From a virus (lineage: Duplodnaviria > Caudoviricetes): a DNA stretch of 39,925 nt. The first letter of the stretch is position 1, and every line of letters starts with the position of its first letter. Below the pieces are notes generated by a model. The model did not search any database. It was not told the origin of the DNA and saw nothing but the letters and a program-made list of their open reading frames with translations. A program made the translations under genes and the position numbers. Positions 1 through 9,021 of this stretch are shown here, one piece after another. The stretch is taken from positions 1-39,925 of the IMG/VR virus record IMGVR_UViG_3300026546_000010; one strand, 5' to 3'.

Positions 1-273
1 CAGACACTTGGCTTTGATGATAAGCGCAAGGCAGACATTCTAAAAGTAATGATGGATACATATGCGGTAGTTGCATCAGAAATAGATGCAGACCCTTCTG
101 TTCCAAGTGTATTTACTGCCCCAGCAATACACACACTCGTACTTGATACAATGAGTGATGTTGGTATAGCCATAGGAAACACAACAAGCAAGGCAAAATT
201 CTATTCAGGAGAAATGGGATGGGTAGGGGACTATGCTGGAGAACAACCAATCCAAACAATACCAACAACATAA
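1..273 (+). CDS. Virion structural protein, C-terminal part (N4 gp54-like), 5'-truncated
   Basis: Frame 1 is open from base 1 (QTLGFDDKRKADILKVMMDTY...); position upstream of the gp53-like gene. Confidence 0.5.
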   Translation, partial: QTLGFDDKRKADILKVMMDTYAVVASEIDADPSVPSVFTAPAIHTLVLDTMSDVGIAIGNTTSKAKFYSGEMGWVGDYAGEQPIQTIPTT

Positions 274-283
274 ATGAAATAAA

Positions 284-2548
284 ATGTCCAGTGAATATGA
301 ATTTCATTCTTATATAACGGCGAATCAACTCCAGAAGGAACGAGCACGTAAAGATAAAAAAATAGTAGAGGTCATCTTAGAAAAAAACAAAACGGGTCTC
401 AGTATATCTGACTATATGAGAGACGATATTTTTCATGGCGTAACGCACAGTATAAACAGGTACAACAAACTTGGAATAAAATATTGGTTCGGTGGGCATT
501 ACATGTTTACAGACATGAGCAGCCAGCAAGCAGTAATAGAACAGTTCCTAATAGAAGATGGAGCTAGACAGGCAACTGACTTTTTGTCAATACAAGAAAG
601 AAGACGAGGACTAATAAGCCAACTACTACAGTCACTATCAACATTGTCCCAGAATGATCACGAATTAAGAAAAAAGGAACACACAGAGCAAGGCGATGTC
701 TTTACGGGGTATATTGAAGTAGATGGTCACACATGGCACATGTCAGAATATATAATCGATGAAATTTCTGGAAATATAATTATTCCAATAACAAGATGGG
801 ATGGCACAAACAAAATCGAGGACGAATATGACACAGGCCTTCCAGGAAAGTCAACACAGCAAGGTGACAAAATAGGTGTTGTGCTGCAATACAATGTAGT
901 TTCAGACATTGACTTGTCATACTACTTCTTCTCACAAGATACTAAATATAGAGAAGTAGGGAACACTTCATATAAAGACATGAAGACAATGCCATTTGTT
1001 TCACTAAAAGATGATCAAAATGACGAGAAGCCGTATTACCTACTTGATGAAAAAAATGTGTTGAGAAGAATACGCGAAAAAACACTATCAGCAATAAATG
1101 TAAAATTGAAAGATGTATCCAAGAATATCTTTGAAGGACAAGAAATTCCTGAATTAAACTCAACTGAGTGGAAAAGCAAATTCGGTAAATGGTACAAGCA
1201 TGATAGTGAACTGAAAGAACAGTTCAGCACCGAACAAGAGTATCATGATGATCTGGTAGAAAAAAATGAAAATCAAGACCAGAGCATACGGCAAGTATCC
1301 GATGCTCATATAGGGTTTGCAGTAACACCATTGTATATAAATGAGCTCAGTGCATATGCAGCATATTTCACGCTAAAGCCATTACTGTTGGAATACAAGC
1401 ACAAGGGACCAGTGAAAATAAGAGTAGGATCACTCAGACAAACATGGAGTTTTCATGGTGTACGAATTGTACGCAAACAGGGGGTTCCAAAGAATATCTA
1501 TGACACTGCTACGCGAGTAAATAAAAACAAAACAAAAACAGGATGGTACATAAAGTCATTCTCAAAAAAGAAAGACGAGGATGAAAAATATGTGCACGAT
1601 GAAAACCACTTTACTGAAGAAGGAATTGGTGGCGATGACGATGATCCAATCTTAGAAACCTTGACTGAAGTCGGAGTGATGAACCCCCCCTCAACAGAGG
1701 GGAGAGAGAAAAAAACCATATATGAACTGAGAGTCATAACAGCTCCCAATGAATACACAGAAATACGAATAGTTGGATGGCAAGGAGTAAGCACAACAAC
1801 GCAGAAGCACAATCCAGATTACCCAGATGGAGAAATAGTAACAACGTCATCAGTGGATCTGTGTGATATATACGATACTGCAACGTTCATAAATGGACTT
1901 TTAGTACCATTAACATTCAAGGCGTTCAAGTCTGTTCCAATTTTCAAGAGAGACCGACTAACCAAAGAAACACTTATGATTGTTGTGCAAGGAGTAGCTG
2001 TTTCAGAAACACCGTGGTATGCAACACTACTCTTTAAGATTTTCATGATTGTACTTATTGTGGTGGCCACAATAATATTCGCACCAGCAGGGCAAGTAGG
2101 AGCAGCCCTTTTAAGCCTTGGAATGGGGATGGCTGCCTCATATGCACTAAGCTATATTGCCAAAATGGTTAAGAGCCCATTACTTATGGGAATCATAACA
2201 TTTGCTGTGGGGCTAATCATGCTTGGCGGAGCAATAAGCATGTTAGACATGATTTCTTTGGCAGTTGAGGCAACTGGGACATACATGAACCAGAAGATAA
2301 TGATAAAAGAACTTGAAGTACGCAAGAAAACACGAGAAGCAGAAGAGCATAGAAATAAATTAGCAAGAGACGTAAAGAAACTTGAAGACAAATTTGGGTT
2401 AAATAAAGAAAGCAATACTAAATATTTGCTGTACTTAGCCTCGCTGCCACCAGTAGAACATCCAGATGACTTCTTCGGCAGGGCATTAAACACCAATCTA
2501 AATGAAATCAATATGACTGAGCCACTAAAATTACCAGACATTGGATAA
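284..2548 (+). CDS. Virion protein with C-terminal transmembrane region (N4 gp53-like)
   Basis: 754 aa; PWY..LFKI followed by several hydrophobic helices and a coiled coil; synteny with the N4 late block. Confidence 0.6.
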   Translation: MSSEYEFHSYITANQLQKERARKDKKIVEVILEKNKTGLSISDYMRDDIFHGVTHSINRYNKLGIKYWFGGHYMFTDMSSQQAVIEQFLIEDGARQATDFLSIQERRRGLISQLLQSLSTLSQNDHELRKKEHTEQGDVFTGYIEVDGHTWHMSEYIIDEISGNIIIPITRWDGTNKIEDEYDTGLPGKSTQQGDKIGVVLQYNVVSDIDLSYYFFSQDTKYREVGNTSYKDMKTMPFVSLKDDQNDEKPYYLLDEKNVLRRIREKTLSAINVKLKDVSKNIFEGQEIPELNSTEWKSKFGKWYKHDSELKEQFSTEQEYHDDLVEKNENQDQSIRQVSDAHIGFAVTPLYINELSAYAAYFTLKPLLLEYKHKGPVKIRVGSLRQTWSFHGVRIVRKQGVPKNIYDTATRVNKNKTKTGWYIKSFSKKKDEDEKYVHDENHFTEEGIGGDDDDPILETLTEVGVMNPPSTEGREKKTIYELRVITAPNEYTEIRIVGWQGVSTTTQKHNPDYPDGEIVTTSSVDLCDIYDTATFINGLLVPLTFKAFKSVPIFKRDRLTKETLMIVVQGVAVSETPWYATLLFKIFMIVLIVVATIIFAPAGQVGAALLSLGMGMAASYALSYIAKMVKSPLLMGIITFAVGLIMLGGAISMLDMISLAVEATGTYMNQKIMIKELEVRKKTREAEEHRNKLARDVKKLEDKFGLNKESNTKYLLYLASLPPVEHPDDFFGRALNTNLNEINMTEPLKLPDIG

Positions 2549-2563
2549 AACGAGGACTATAAT

Positions 2564-3427
2564 ATGAGATACACAGACTCACCATTCAAAGCAGCAACGC
2601 AAAACAGCAGTTTCGCATCAGGAAATTCCGGCAAGTGCTGTCAAAGACTAAAATGGACACCAGATGGAGGTGTTACCAAACAGACACCTAAAACAAAAAT
2701 GCTAAGAAGAAGTGCACACGGAAAAGCATCAGCGAGCACAAGAATGTCATCAGGTGGTGGCGGTGGAGGAGGAGGCGGCGGAGGATGGATGCAGGCAGCT
2801 GGATTGATTATTCAAGCAGTATCAACCTTCGCAAACGTCTACTTGGGGTTCAAACAACTAGAAGTTGCGAACAAGCAAGGTGCAGCCGCATCGTCAAATG
2901 ACAGAAACAATGCATGGCTTGCAAAAGAAAAAATCAGAAACTATCATAATAGAGTTGCGAAACAATCTCAGTATCAAATGCATGATCAATCAATAAAAAG
3001 TGACGCATACCTGAGTAGTCTGTATAACTCCTCTGGAGGGTTGGACGCTCAAATGCGAACAAAAGACTATTCCCCAGAAATCAAATCATATGATTGGAAT
3101 AGTGGCTCTGTCAAGGGGTTCAAAGAAGAGGGTCGAAATGAACAAGCATATAACGACTACCAAAAAGAACTCAAAAGAATACAAGGCGGAAAAACGCAAC
3201 AATCAGCATTTGCTCCATCCACACAAAGTAGAACATTAGGCTCAACAGCACAAAGTGCTTTGGCAACAAATGCACTGGGTGGACCAGATACGCAATCACA
3301 AATCATAACAAAGCCTGGAGCAGTGGTACGAAAAAAATCATTGGGAGCAGAACCCAAAGAAAACAAAGAAGAATTAGCAGCAAACGAAGAACTTAAAAAC
3401 AAGAAAAGTCAGTTGGCTACAGCATAA
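2564..3427 (+). CDS. Putative ejection protein (N4 gp52-like)
   Basis: 287 aa; poly-Gly tract then GW...YLGFKQLEVA hydrophobic segment; RBS GAGGA; synteny. Confidence 0.5.
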   Translation: MRYTDSPFKAATQNSSFASGNSGKCCQRLKWTPDGGVTKQTPKTKMLRRSAHGKASASTRMSSGGGGGGGGGGGWMQAAGLIIQAVSTFANVYLGFKQLEVANKQGAAASSNDRNNAWLAKEKIRNYHNRVAKQSQYQMHDQSIKSDAYLSSLYNSSGGLDAQMRTKDYSPEIKSYDWNSGSVKGFKEEGRNEQAYNDYQKELKRIQGGKTQQSAFAPSTQSRTLGSTAQSALATNALGGPDTQSQIITKPGAVVRKKSLGAEPKENKEELAANEELKNKKSQLATA

Positions 3428-3439
3428 GAAGGATCAATT

Positions 3440-5200
3440 ATGGGATCAACATATAAAAGCAAACTAGAAGACGTAAACTATATACCACAAACAAGCTACG
3501 AGGGAGTAAACTCAGCAACAAGAAATGCTGTAGCCCTCTTCAATAAAGCATCAGACAATGCAATGAAGATGGGACAAACCCTGGTTAAGATGGGTGAAGT
3601 AAGAGCAGCCGATGCAAGAAAACTTGCTGCCCAAAAAGCAGCAAGATCTGGAAGCAGAAGCGGTGGTGGTGGTGGTGGCAGAAAAAAATCAGGAAAAAAA
3701 TCCAAAGATGGCAATAAAGATTCTGCATTCATAGATATGATGACTAAACAATTGGGTGATGCAAAAAAACCAATTGTAATGATGACACCAAAAGCTCCAG
3801 AGAAAGAGCCAGTTGTTCTCAACAACAGATTGACAGAAGAGGGGTTCAGGCCACTACCATACGAAGACGGCAAAACCGCAACAAGTGACAGCAAAGAAGC
3901 TGCTGCATCAACATCAAAGCAATCGAGTAGCGACGTAACGCCAATTATGCAAGTAGAGCAACCAGAGAACACGCAAGACGTTGCAAGTAATACAGGAAGA
4001 TTCTCACAATATTTAGATAAAGGTGGAGCAGCAGATACGATTATCTCTGCTGATGCAACGCAGAATCCAACAAGGTGGCCAGCAATAAATGAAGACCCAG
4101 AAAGACAAAATATTCTGGCTCAAGCAGAACAAGTTCAAAAAGACGCTGGAGCAATAGACAAGGGGCAAGAACCCCAATCAACACAAGAACAACAAGGCAT
4201 TGAAGACACGGACATATACGGAACAGAGAGAAGCGATACAAACCCACTTGTTGGATATGCACAGAAAAGAAATCAAGAGTTCAATGAAGAAGCTAAGGCA
4301 TTTAACGCCAAAAACGAAATGGAACAAATTCAAAAGGAAGCCAATGCAAGAGGTGAATTTGTATTTTTTGTCAATGGAGAAAAAGAAAGAAAGATAGTAG
4401 CAGCAACAGCAAAACGAGACTATCTCCAGCTGAAGTTGGCACAAGATACACTGAAGATTTCAGCGGCATACAAAAAACACTATGGTAACAAAAAAAATGT
4501 TCCAAAATCAATACTAAATGCACTGTTAACAAAAACAAAACTACAATATGATGCTGCCAAACAGGAAGCAAAAACAATAACAGAATCGCTCAAAAAGCAA
4601 CAAAGCAAAACAGAATTACAAGCATTTACCCAAGCAAAAGAAACAGAAAAAGCCAAGACAACACTACTTGCAACTGAAGCAGCAAAAAGAAATCAATGCG
4701 ACAAGCTTGATCCAACTGCAAAAGTACAATGCTTACAAATAAGAAAAAATAATGATGTTTATGACAGAAGAAAACGAAAAGACTTGGAAGAACTTGCTGC
4801 GAAGAAAAAAAGTAACTACAGAAGCAAACACATGACTCCAGATGATTTAAAGTATACAGTATCAAGCGCCATGAATGCAGCACCAGACAGAAAAGGGTGG
4901 TCATGGAAGACAGAAGATCTCTATAACAAACTTATACCATGGCGATTCGACCTAAACAAAAAAGAGATGAACACACTTGTCAAAGAGCTTAAATCCAACG
5001 ACGCATATATCACTGACTCAACAGTAGCCGGAGACGCAACACTGATGGGTTCGCATTTCTATCTTGGTGATAGTGGTAGAAAGCAATTGGGTGCAACTAT
5101 AAATGCCCTTGCAAAGGGAATAATTGGCAAAAGAAAAACAAGAATCGAAAAAGCAAAAAAAAGAAAAGCAGCAGCCGCTGCTGCCGCAAATAAGAAATAA
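3440..5200 (+). CDS. Putative ejection/internal virion protein (gp51 position)
   Basis: 586 aa, K/A/Q-rich and helical, Gly tract; RBS AAGGA; lies before the vRNAP genes. Confidence 0.45.
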   Translation: MGSTYKSKLEDVNYIPQTSYEGVNSATRNAVALFNKASDNAMKMGQTLVKMGEVRAADARKLAAQKAARSGSRSGGGGGGRKKSGKKSKDGNKDSAFIDMMTKQLGDAKKPIVMMTPKAPEKEPVVLNNRLTEEGFRPLPYEDGKTATSDSKEAAASTSKQSSSDVTPIMQVEQPENTQDVASNTGRFSQYLDKGGAADTIISADATQNPTRWPAINEDPERQNILAQAEQVQKDAGAIDKGQEPQSTQEQQGIEDTDIYGTERSDTNPLVGYAQKRNQEFNEEAKAFNAKNEMEQIQKEANARGEFVFFVNGEKERKIVAATAKRDYLQLKLAQDTLKISAAYKKHYGNKKNVPKSILNALLTKTKLQYDAAKQEAKTITESLKKQQSKTELQAFTQAKETEKAKTTLLATEAAKRNQCDKLDPTAKVQCLQIRKNNDVYDRRKRKDLEELAAKKKSNYRSKHMTPDDLKYTVSSAMNAAPDRKGWSWKTEDLYNKLIPWRFDLNKKEMNTLVKELKSNDAYITDSTVAGDATLMGSHFYLGDSGRKQLGATINALAKGIIGKRKTRIEKAKKRKAAAAAAANKK

Positions 5201-5211
5201 GGATAAATAAA

Positions 5212-8200
5212 ATGCCATATTCTTCAGTAGAGATTGCAAGCAAGCTTATGGGGGTTGAAAACCCGGGATCAAGAATTGCATCAGATGATCCGAATGATGT
5301 TACAACGACGATACAAAAAGAAGATACGATTATAGAGAGGGAAAGAGAAAAAGCAAAAAAAATATATGGTTCTGCTCCCGTAACATTCTCAACAGAAGAG
5401 GCAATCAAAAAAGAAGAACAATCAGACCAAGGGTGGCAAACAGGAACAGTATATTCTATTATTGATGGAGATGGAATCTTCATCAAGGAAATGGAAGGAC
5501 AAGAACTACGAGCAGCAGGATATGACGCATCAGAAGTAGAACACCCAGGTGAAGAACACACTGAAAGAGAACAAAGAAATGCAAAAAGACTTGCAAACAT
5601 GTGGGGGGTTCCAGCGGATTCTGTAACAACAGAGGATGTATATGAACAGGGTTGGAAGGACACAACAAAATTACTCTTTGGACTTACGAAAACAAATATA
5701 AATGAAAAATTTAAAATAGGAGACACATCCTACTACCGGACACATCCACCAGCGTACAATGATCTTAACATTCCAATACAATACAAAATCATAGACAAGG
5801 GGGCATACGGACGACCAATCGTAATCATGAAGAACCCCATCACTGGTGAAATCGTAAACCAGAGCTTTGACCTTCCTGGATACAGGATGGGGTTCAAAGA
5901 TGCCGCAGAAAAAGCAGGGATGAAAACCTCGGATGAGATTCAACCATTCTTGGCTCCACTTGCTGGTGCATACGGATCAGATAAAAAATATGCATATAAG
6001 CCTAAAAACTGGGATACGATGGATCCACTACAGAGGACTAAGTGGAACCTGGCATCTAAGAAATCACAGAACTATAATCAAGGGGCACTTGAACATGCCT
6101 TTAAATCATTTGCCGGAACAGCAGGATCATTACTTGCTGGAGCAGGAGATGGCCTACTTGATTATGCTTCATCAATTTCTGATGAGGCTCTGGGAACCAC
6201 ATTTGGAAACAGTACGCTATTCGAGGACTTCAAAGATGAAGACATATGGCAAAGAGCCATAGGCTATAATGATATAGAAGAAAAGAAAAATATAGCAGCA
6301 GTCGATCAATACATAAAAAATGGGGACTATGGGAAGGCAGCATTACACTTCGCATCAAATGCAGCAATTGTTGCTCCTCAAATGCTGGGATATTTAGTTC
6401 CAGTTCTTGCGTCTATGCCTGTCGCCGCAACAGTATGGTCTTTCGACCTACTGTCAGACCAAAAAGATGCATACAAAAAAGCAACAAACAAAGATATGAC
6501 ACTCGGAGAGCAAACGGGAGCCCTGGCTCTAAACTATGTAACATCATACCTTGAAGCAATAGTTGGAGGAAAAATCCTAGGTAAAGGAGGATGGGGCGTA
6601 GTAGGGAAACAAATGGGGAAACTCTTTAAGCCATTTACAAAAATGGTTGCTCCACTCGAAAATAAAGCAGTATCAAAAGGGTTTGCAGAAGCAGCAAAAT
6701 TAGCTGCTAAAAAAATCAATCCACAAACATTAACTGGACGAGTAATAAAAAGAGTAGCAGACGCTCCCGGAGCAAAACTTGGTGCTGATGTAGTAATGGA
6801 GATTATTCAAGAAGAAACTGAAAACGTTCACCAAGAATATTGGGCAAAAGGGGGAGACACAAAATATGACTCAATTGGTAAATATATTTCAGAAGTAGCC
6901 AAAGGTCATGTAATATCAAAAGACCAAGCAATAAGCACAGCAGTCCAAGCAGGAGTTGGGCACTTGATGATGAGACCCAAGGCTGTTGCAGCAGATGCAG
7001 CACGCATATCAGGGGTTCCATTCAAGATGGTAGGAAACCATTTTGATAGAAGAGAAGCAGCAAACCTTACAAGAGAAGATGCTGCTGCGCTTCAAGTAGA
7101 CAGAGCAGCGCAAGAAAAAGCGGCAAACGCAGGGCACGCTGAAACAATGAAGACCCTTGAAGCACTAGATAGTGCTCAAACAAAACAAGATCTCATTGAT
7201 AGTGGAGTTGATGCTGATACGCTACAAAAAGTACAAGTCACAAACGGAGAAGAAGTATATAACAAACATACTGACTTAGCAGACAAAACAGTGGAAAAAG
7301 CCATTAGCTTTGTTAATAACTTTAGCGAAGAAGGTAAAAGAGACGCAAAGGACAAGGCTGAATTTGACAGGCAAATGAAAGAAGTCATTAACGCCGTTGG
7401 CATTGAGACAAAAGGGAGAACTAAAGAAGAAATAGCCAATGACCTTGAAACAATGACTGATGAGCAAAAAGGAACTATGCTCGCAATAATTGACTCAACC
7501 ATTAAGGGGGATGTTGGAAGCTCAATGCATGGCATAGCAGCAGACATAAAAGTAGATACAGCACAGCAAGCAGCGCATATATCAAGAGCATACGTAGCAC
7601 AGGCAGCAGCCCTTAGAAAAAAACATGTACGAAATGCAAAAAAAACATCAAATGAAAATAGCTACTTTGTAAGACGAAGACAAAAGAAAGTAGGTGCAGA
7701 TAAGTTATTCCATAACCTGCCAAAACTAATCAACAAGGCAGTATCAAAGGGAAAAACCAACTTTAAATTTATGGATGATTTCACAACAAAAGCTCTCATC
7801 CAAGCAAAACAAGATTTTGCAGGAAACAAGGATGTTGTAGCAAGCATAGATACTGTGCTGAAATCAAGAAAAACAACCTTTAAAAATAGAGCTGACAAAG
7901 TGGATTCACTAATCAGTGAAGACGGAATGGTGGGAATAAGTGGGGAAAAAGAAATAGATATTCGCAGCATCAATGATGCCATTAGCCAGAACCCCACAGA
8001 TGCATTCACCATAGCTACAATCGGGGACAGTATTGACTCGCTTGCTGAAGCAAAAGTTATTTCAAAAGCACAACAAAAGATACTCCACCAAAGACTTGAA
8101 TCCGTTAGTGATGTCAACTCACTGCATTCAAACTTTAAAGAAGAACCAGCTGCATTCTGGAAAACACAAATGGACAAGACCAGACAGCAGATAAAAGACC

Positions 8201-8994
8201 TAACCACTGAGCTGAACAACCTCCCAGTAGAAGAACGGGCAGCTTCGCCAATAAACAAAGAAATAATAACAGCCAAAGCTGATCTACAAGCATTAGTAAA
8301 AAAAGTAAACACGCTTGTAGAAAAGGGGCTAGGGAAGGTAAAAACCAGAAGAGACAAAGTACGAGCAGCGCAGAAGCATTGGCAAAAGAAACCAACGAAA
8401 CAGTCAAACGAACAAACCGAACAGACACCAAAAGATTCCACGCCAGAAACAGAGCAAACAGCTAAACCAGAAACAACACAGCAGTCTCAACAAGAAAGTT
8501 CACAGAAGACGGCACAAGAGCAAGAAAAGCAGCAGGAGGATACCAAGGCACAAGAGCAAGAGAACAGCGCTCAAAATGACAGTGAACCCCCAAAGAAGCA
8601 GAATACGAAAACTGAGCAGAAGCAAGACACCGAAGAACAAAAAACAGAGAAACAAACAACTGAAAATGAACAGACGCAAGAACAAGAGGATAGATCACAG
8701 CAGAAAGAATCAGAGCAAGAAAAAACAATCGACGACATAGATAATGAAGTAATCATCGATTTTTGGAAAAAGCACGAATTCAAACCAGGTGAAGAAGAGA
8801 CAACCGAAGAAACAGAAACAAACGAAGATACAGAAAATGATACAATACAGGCAGTAGATGAAGCTGCATTTGCCGATAAGCGAGCAATTACAGAAGAGGA
8901 TATAAAAACAATGAGCAAAGAAGAGGAATCACTCTTCGACAAAAGACTAGAAGGAATAAAGAAATTCATAGATAATCTCCCAGAGTGCTCATGA
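5212..8994 (+). CDS. Large internal virion protein, probable N-terminal part of a split vRNAP, with an N-terminal SNase/thermonuclease-like domain
   Basis: 1260 aa; IIDGDG..LRAAGYDASE..DKGAYGR match the SNase motifs; Gly/Ala hydrophobic region, EIIQEE motif, Q/E/T/K low-complexity tail; only Cys is the penultimate residue. Confidence 0.6.
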   Translation: MPYSSVEIASKLMGVENPGSRIASDDPNDVTTTIQKEDTIIEREREKAKKIYGSAPVTFSTEEAIKKEEQSDQGWQTGTVYSIIDGDGIFIKEMEGQELRAAGYDASEVEHPGEEHTEREQRNAKRLANMWGVPADSVTTEDVYEQGWKDTTKLLFGLTKTNINEKFKIGDTSYYRTHPPAYNDLNIPIQYKIIDKGAYGRPIVIMKNPITGEIVNQSFDLPGYRMGFKDAAEKAGMKTSDEIQPFLAPLAGAYGSDKKYAYKPKNWDTMDPLQRTKWNLASKKSQNYNQGALEHAFKSFAGTAGSLLAGAGDGLLDYASSISDEALGTTFGNSTLFEDFKDEDIWQRAIGYNDIEEKKNIAAVDQYIKNGDYGKAALHFASNAAIVAPQMLGYLVPVLASMPVAATVWSFDLLSDQKDAYKKATNKDMTLGEQTGALALNYVTSYLEAIVGGKILGKGGWGVVGKQMGKLFKPFTKMVAPLENKAVSKGFAEAAKLAAKKINPQTLTGRVIKRVADAPGAKLGADVVMEIIQEETENVHQEYWAKGGDTKYDSIGKYISEVAKGHVISKDQAISTAVQAGVGHLMMRPKAVAADAARISGVPFKMVGNHFDRREAANLTREDAAALQVDRAAQEKAANAGHAETMKTLEALDSAQTKQDLIDSGVDADTLQKVQVTNGEEVYNKHTDLADKTVEKAISFVNNFSEEGKRDAKDKAEFDRQMKEVINAVGIETKGRTKEEIANDLETMTDEQKGTMLAIIDSTIKGDVGSSMHGIAADIKVDTAQQAAHISRAYVAQAAALRKKHVRNAKKTSNENSYFVRRRQKKVGADKLFHNLPKLINKAVSKGKTNFKFMDDFTTKALIQAKQDFAGNKDVVASIDTVLKSRKTTFKNRADKVDSLISEDGMVGISGEKEIDIRSINDAISQNPTDAFTIATIGDSIDSLAEAKVISKAQQKILHQRLESVSDVNSLHSNFKEEPAAFWKTQMDKTRQQIKDLTTELNNLPVEERAASPINKEIITAKADLQALVKKVNTLVEKGLGKVKTRRDKVRAAQKHWQKKPTKQSNEQTEQTPKDSTPETEQTAKPETTQQSQQESSQKTAQEQEKQQEDTKAQEQENSAQNDSEPPKKQNTKTEQKQDTEEQKTEKQTTENEQTQEQEDRSQQKESEQEKTIDDIDNEVIIDFWKKHEFKPGEEETTEETETNEDTENDTIQAVDEAAFADKRAITEEDIKTMSKEEESLFDKRLEGIKKFIDNLPECS

Positions 8995-9021
8995 TTAATT
9001 GCAAAACAAAGGATAATATAA

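Noticed and set aside
2753-2785. Poly-Gly GGN tract as a phase-variable repeat
   Set aside because: Mixed GGT/GGC/GGA codons indicate protein-level selection for a linker, not a slippage tract
8390-8850. Q/E/T/K-rich tract as a DNA tandem repeat
   Set aside because: No fixed repeat unit; it is a low-complexity protein linker
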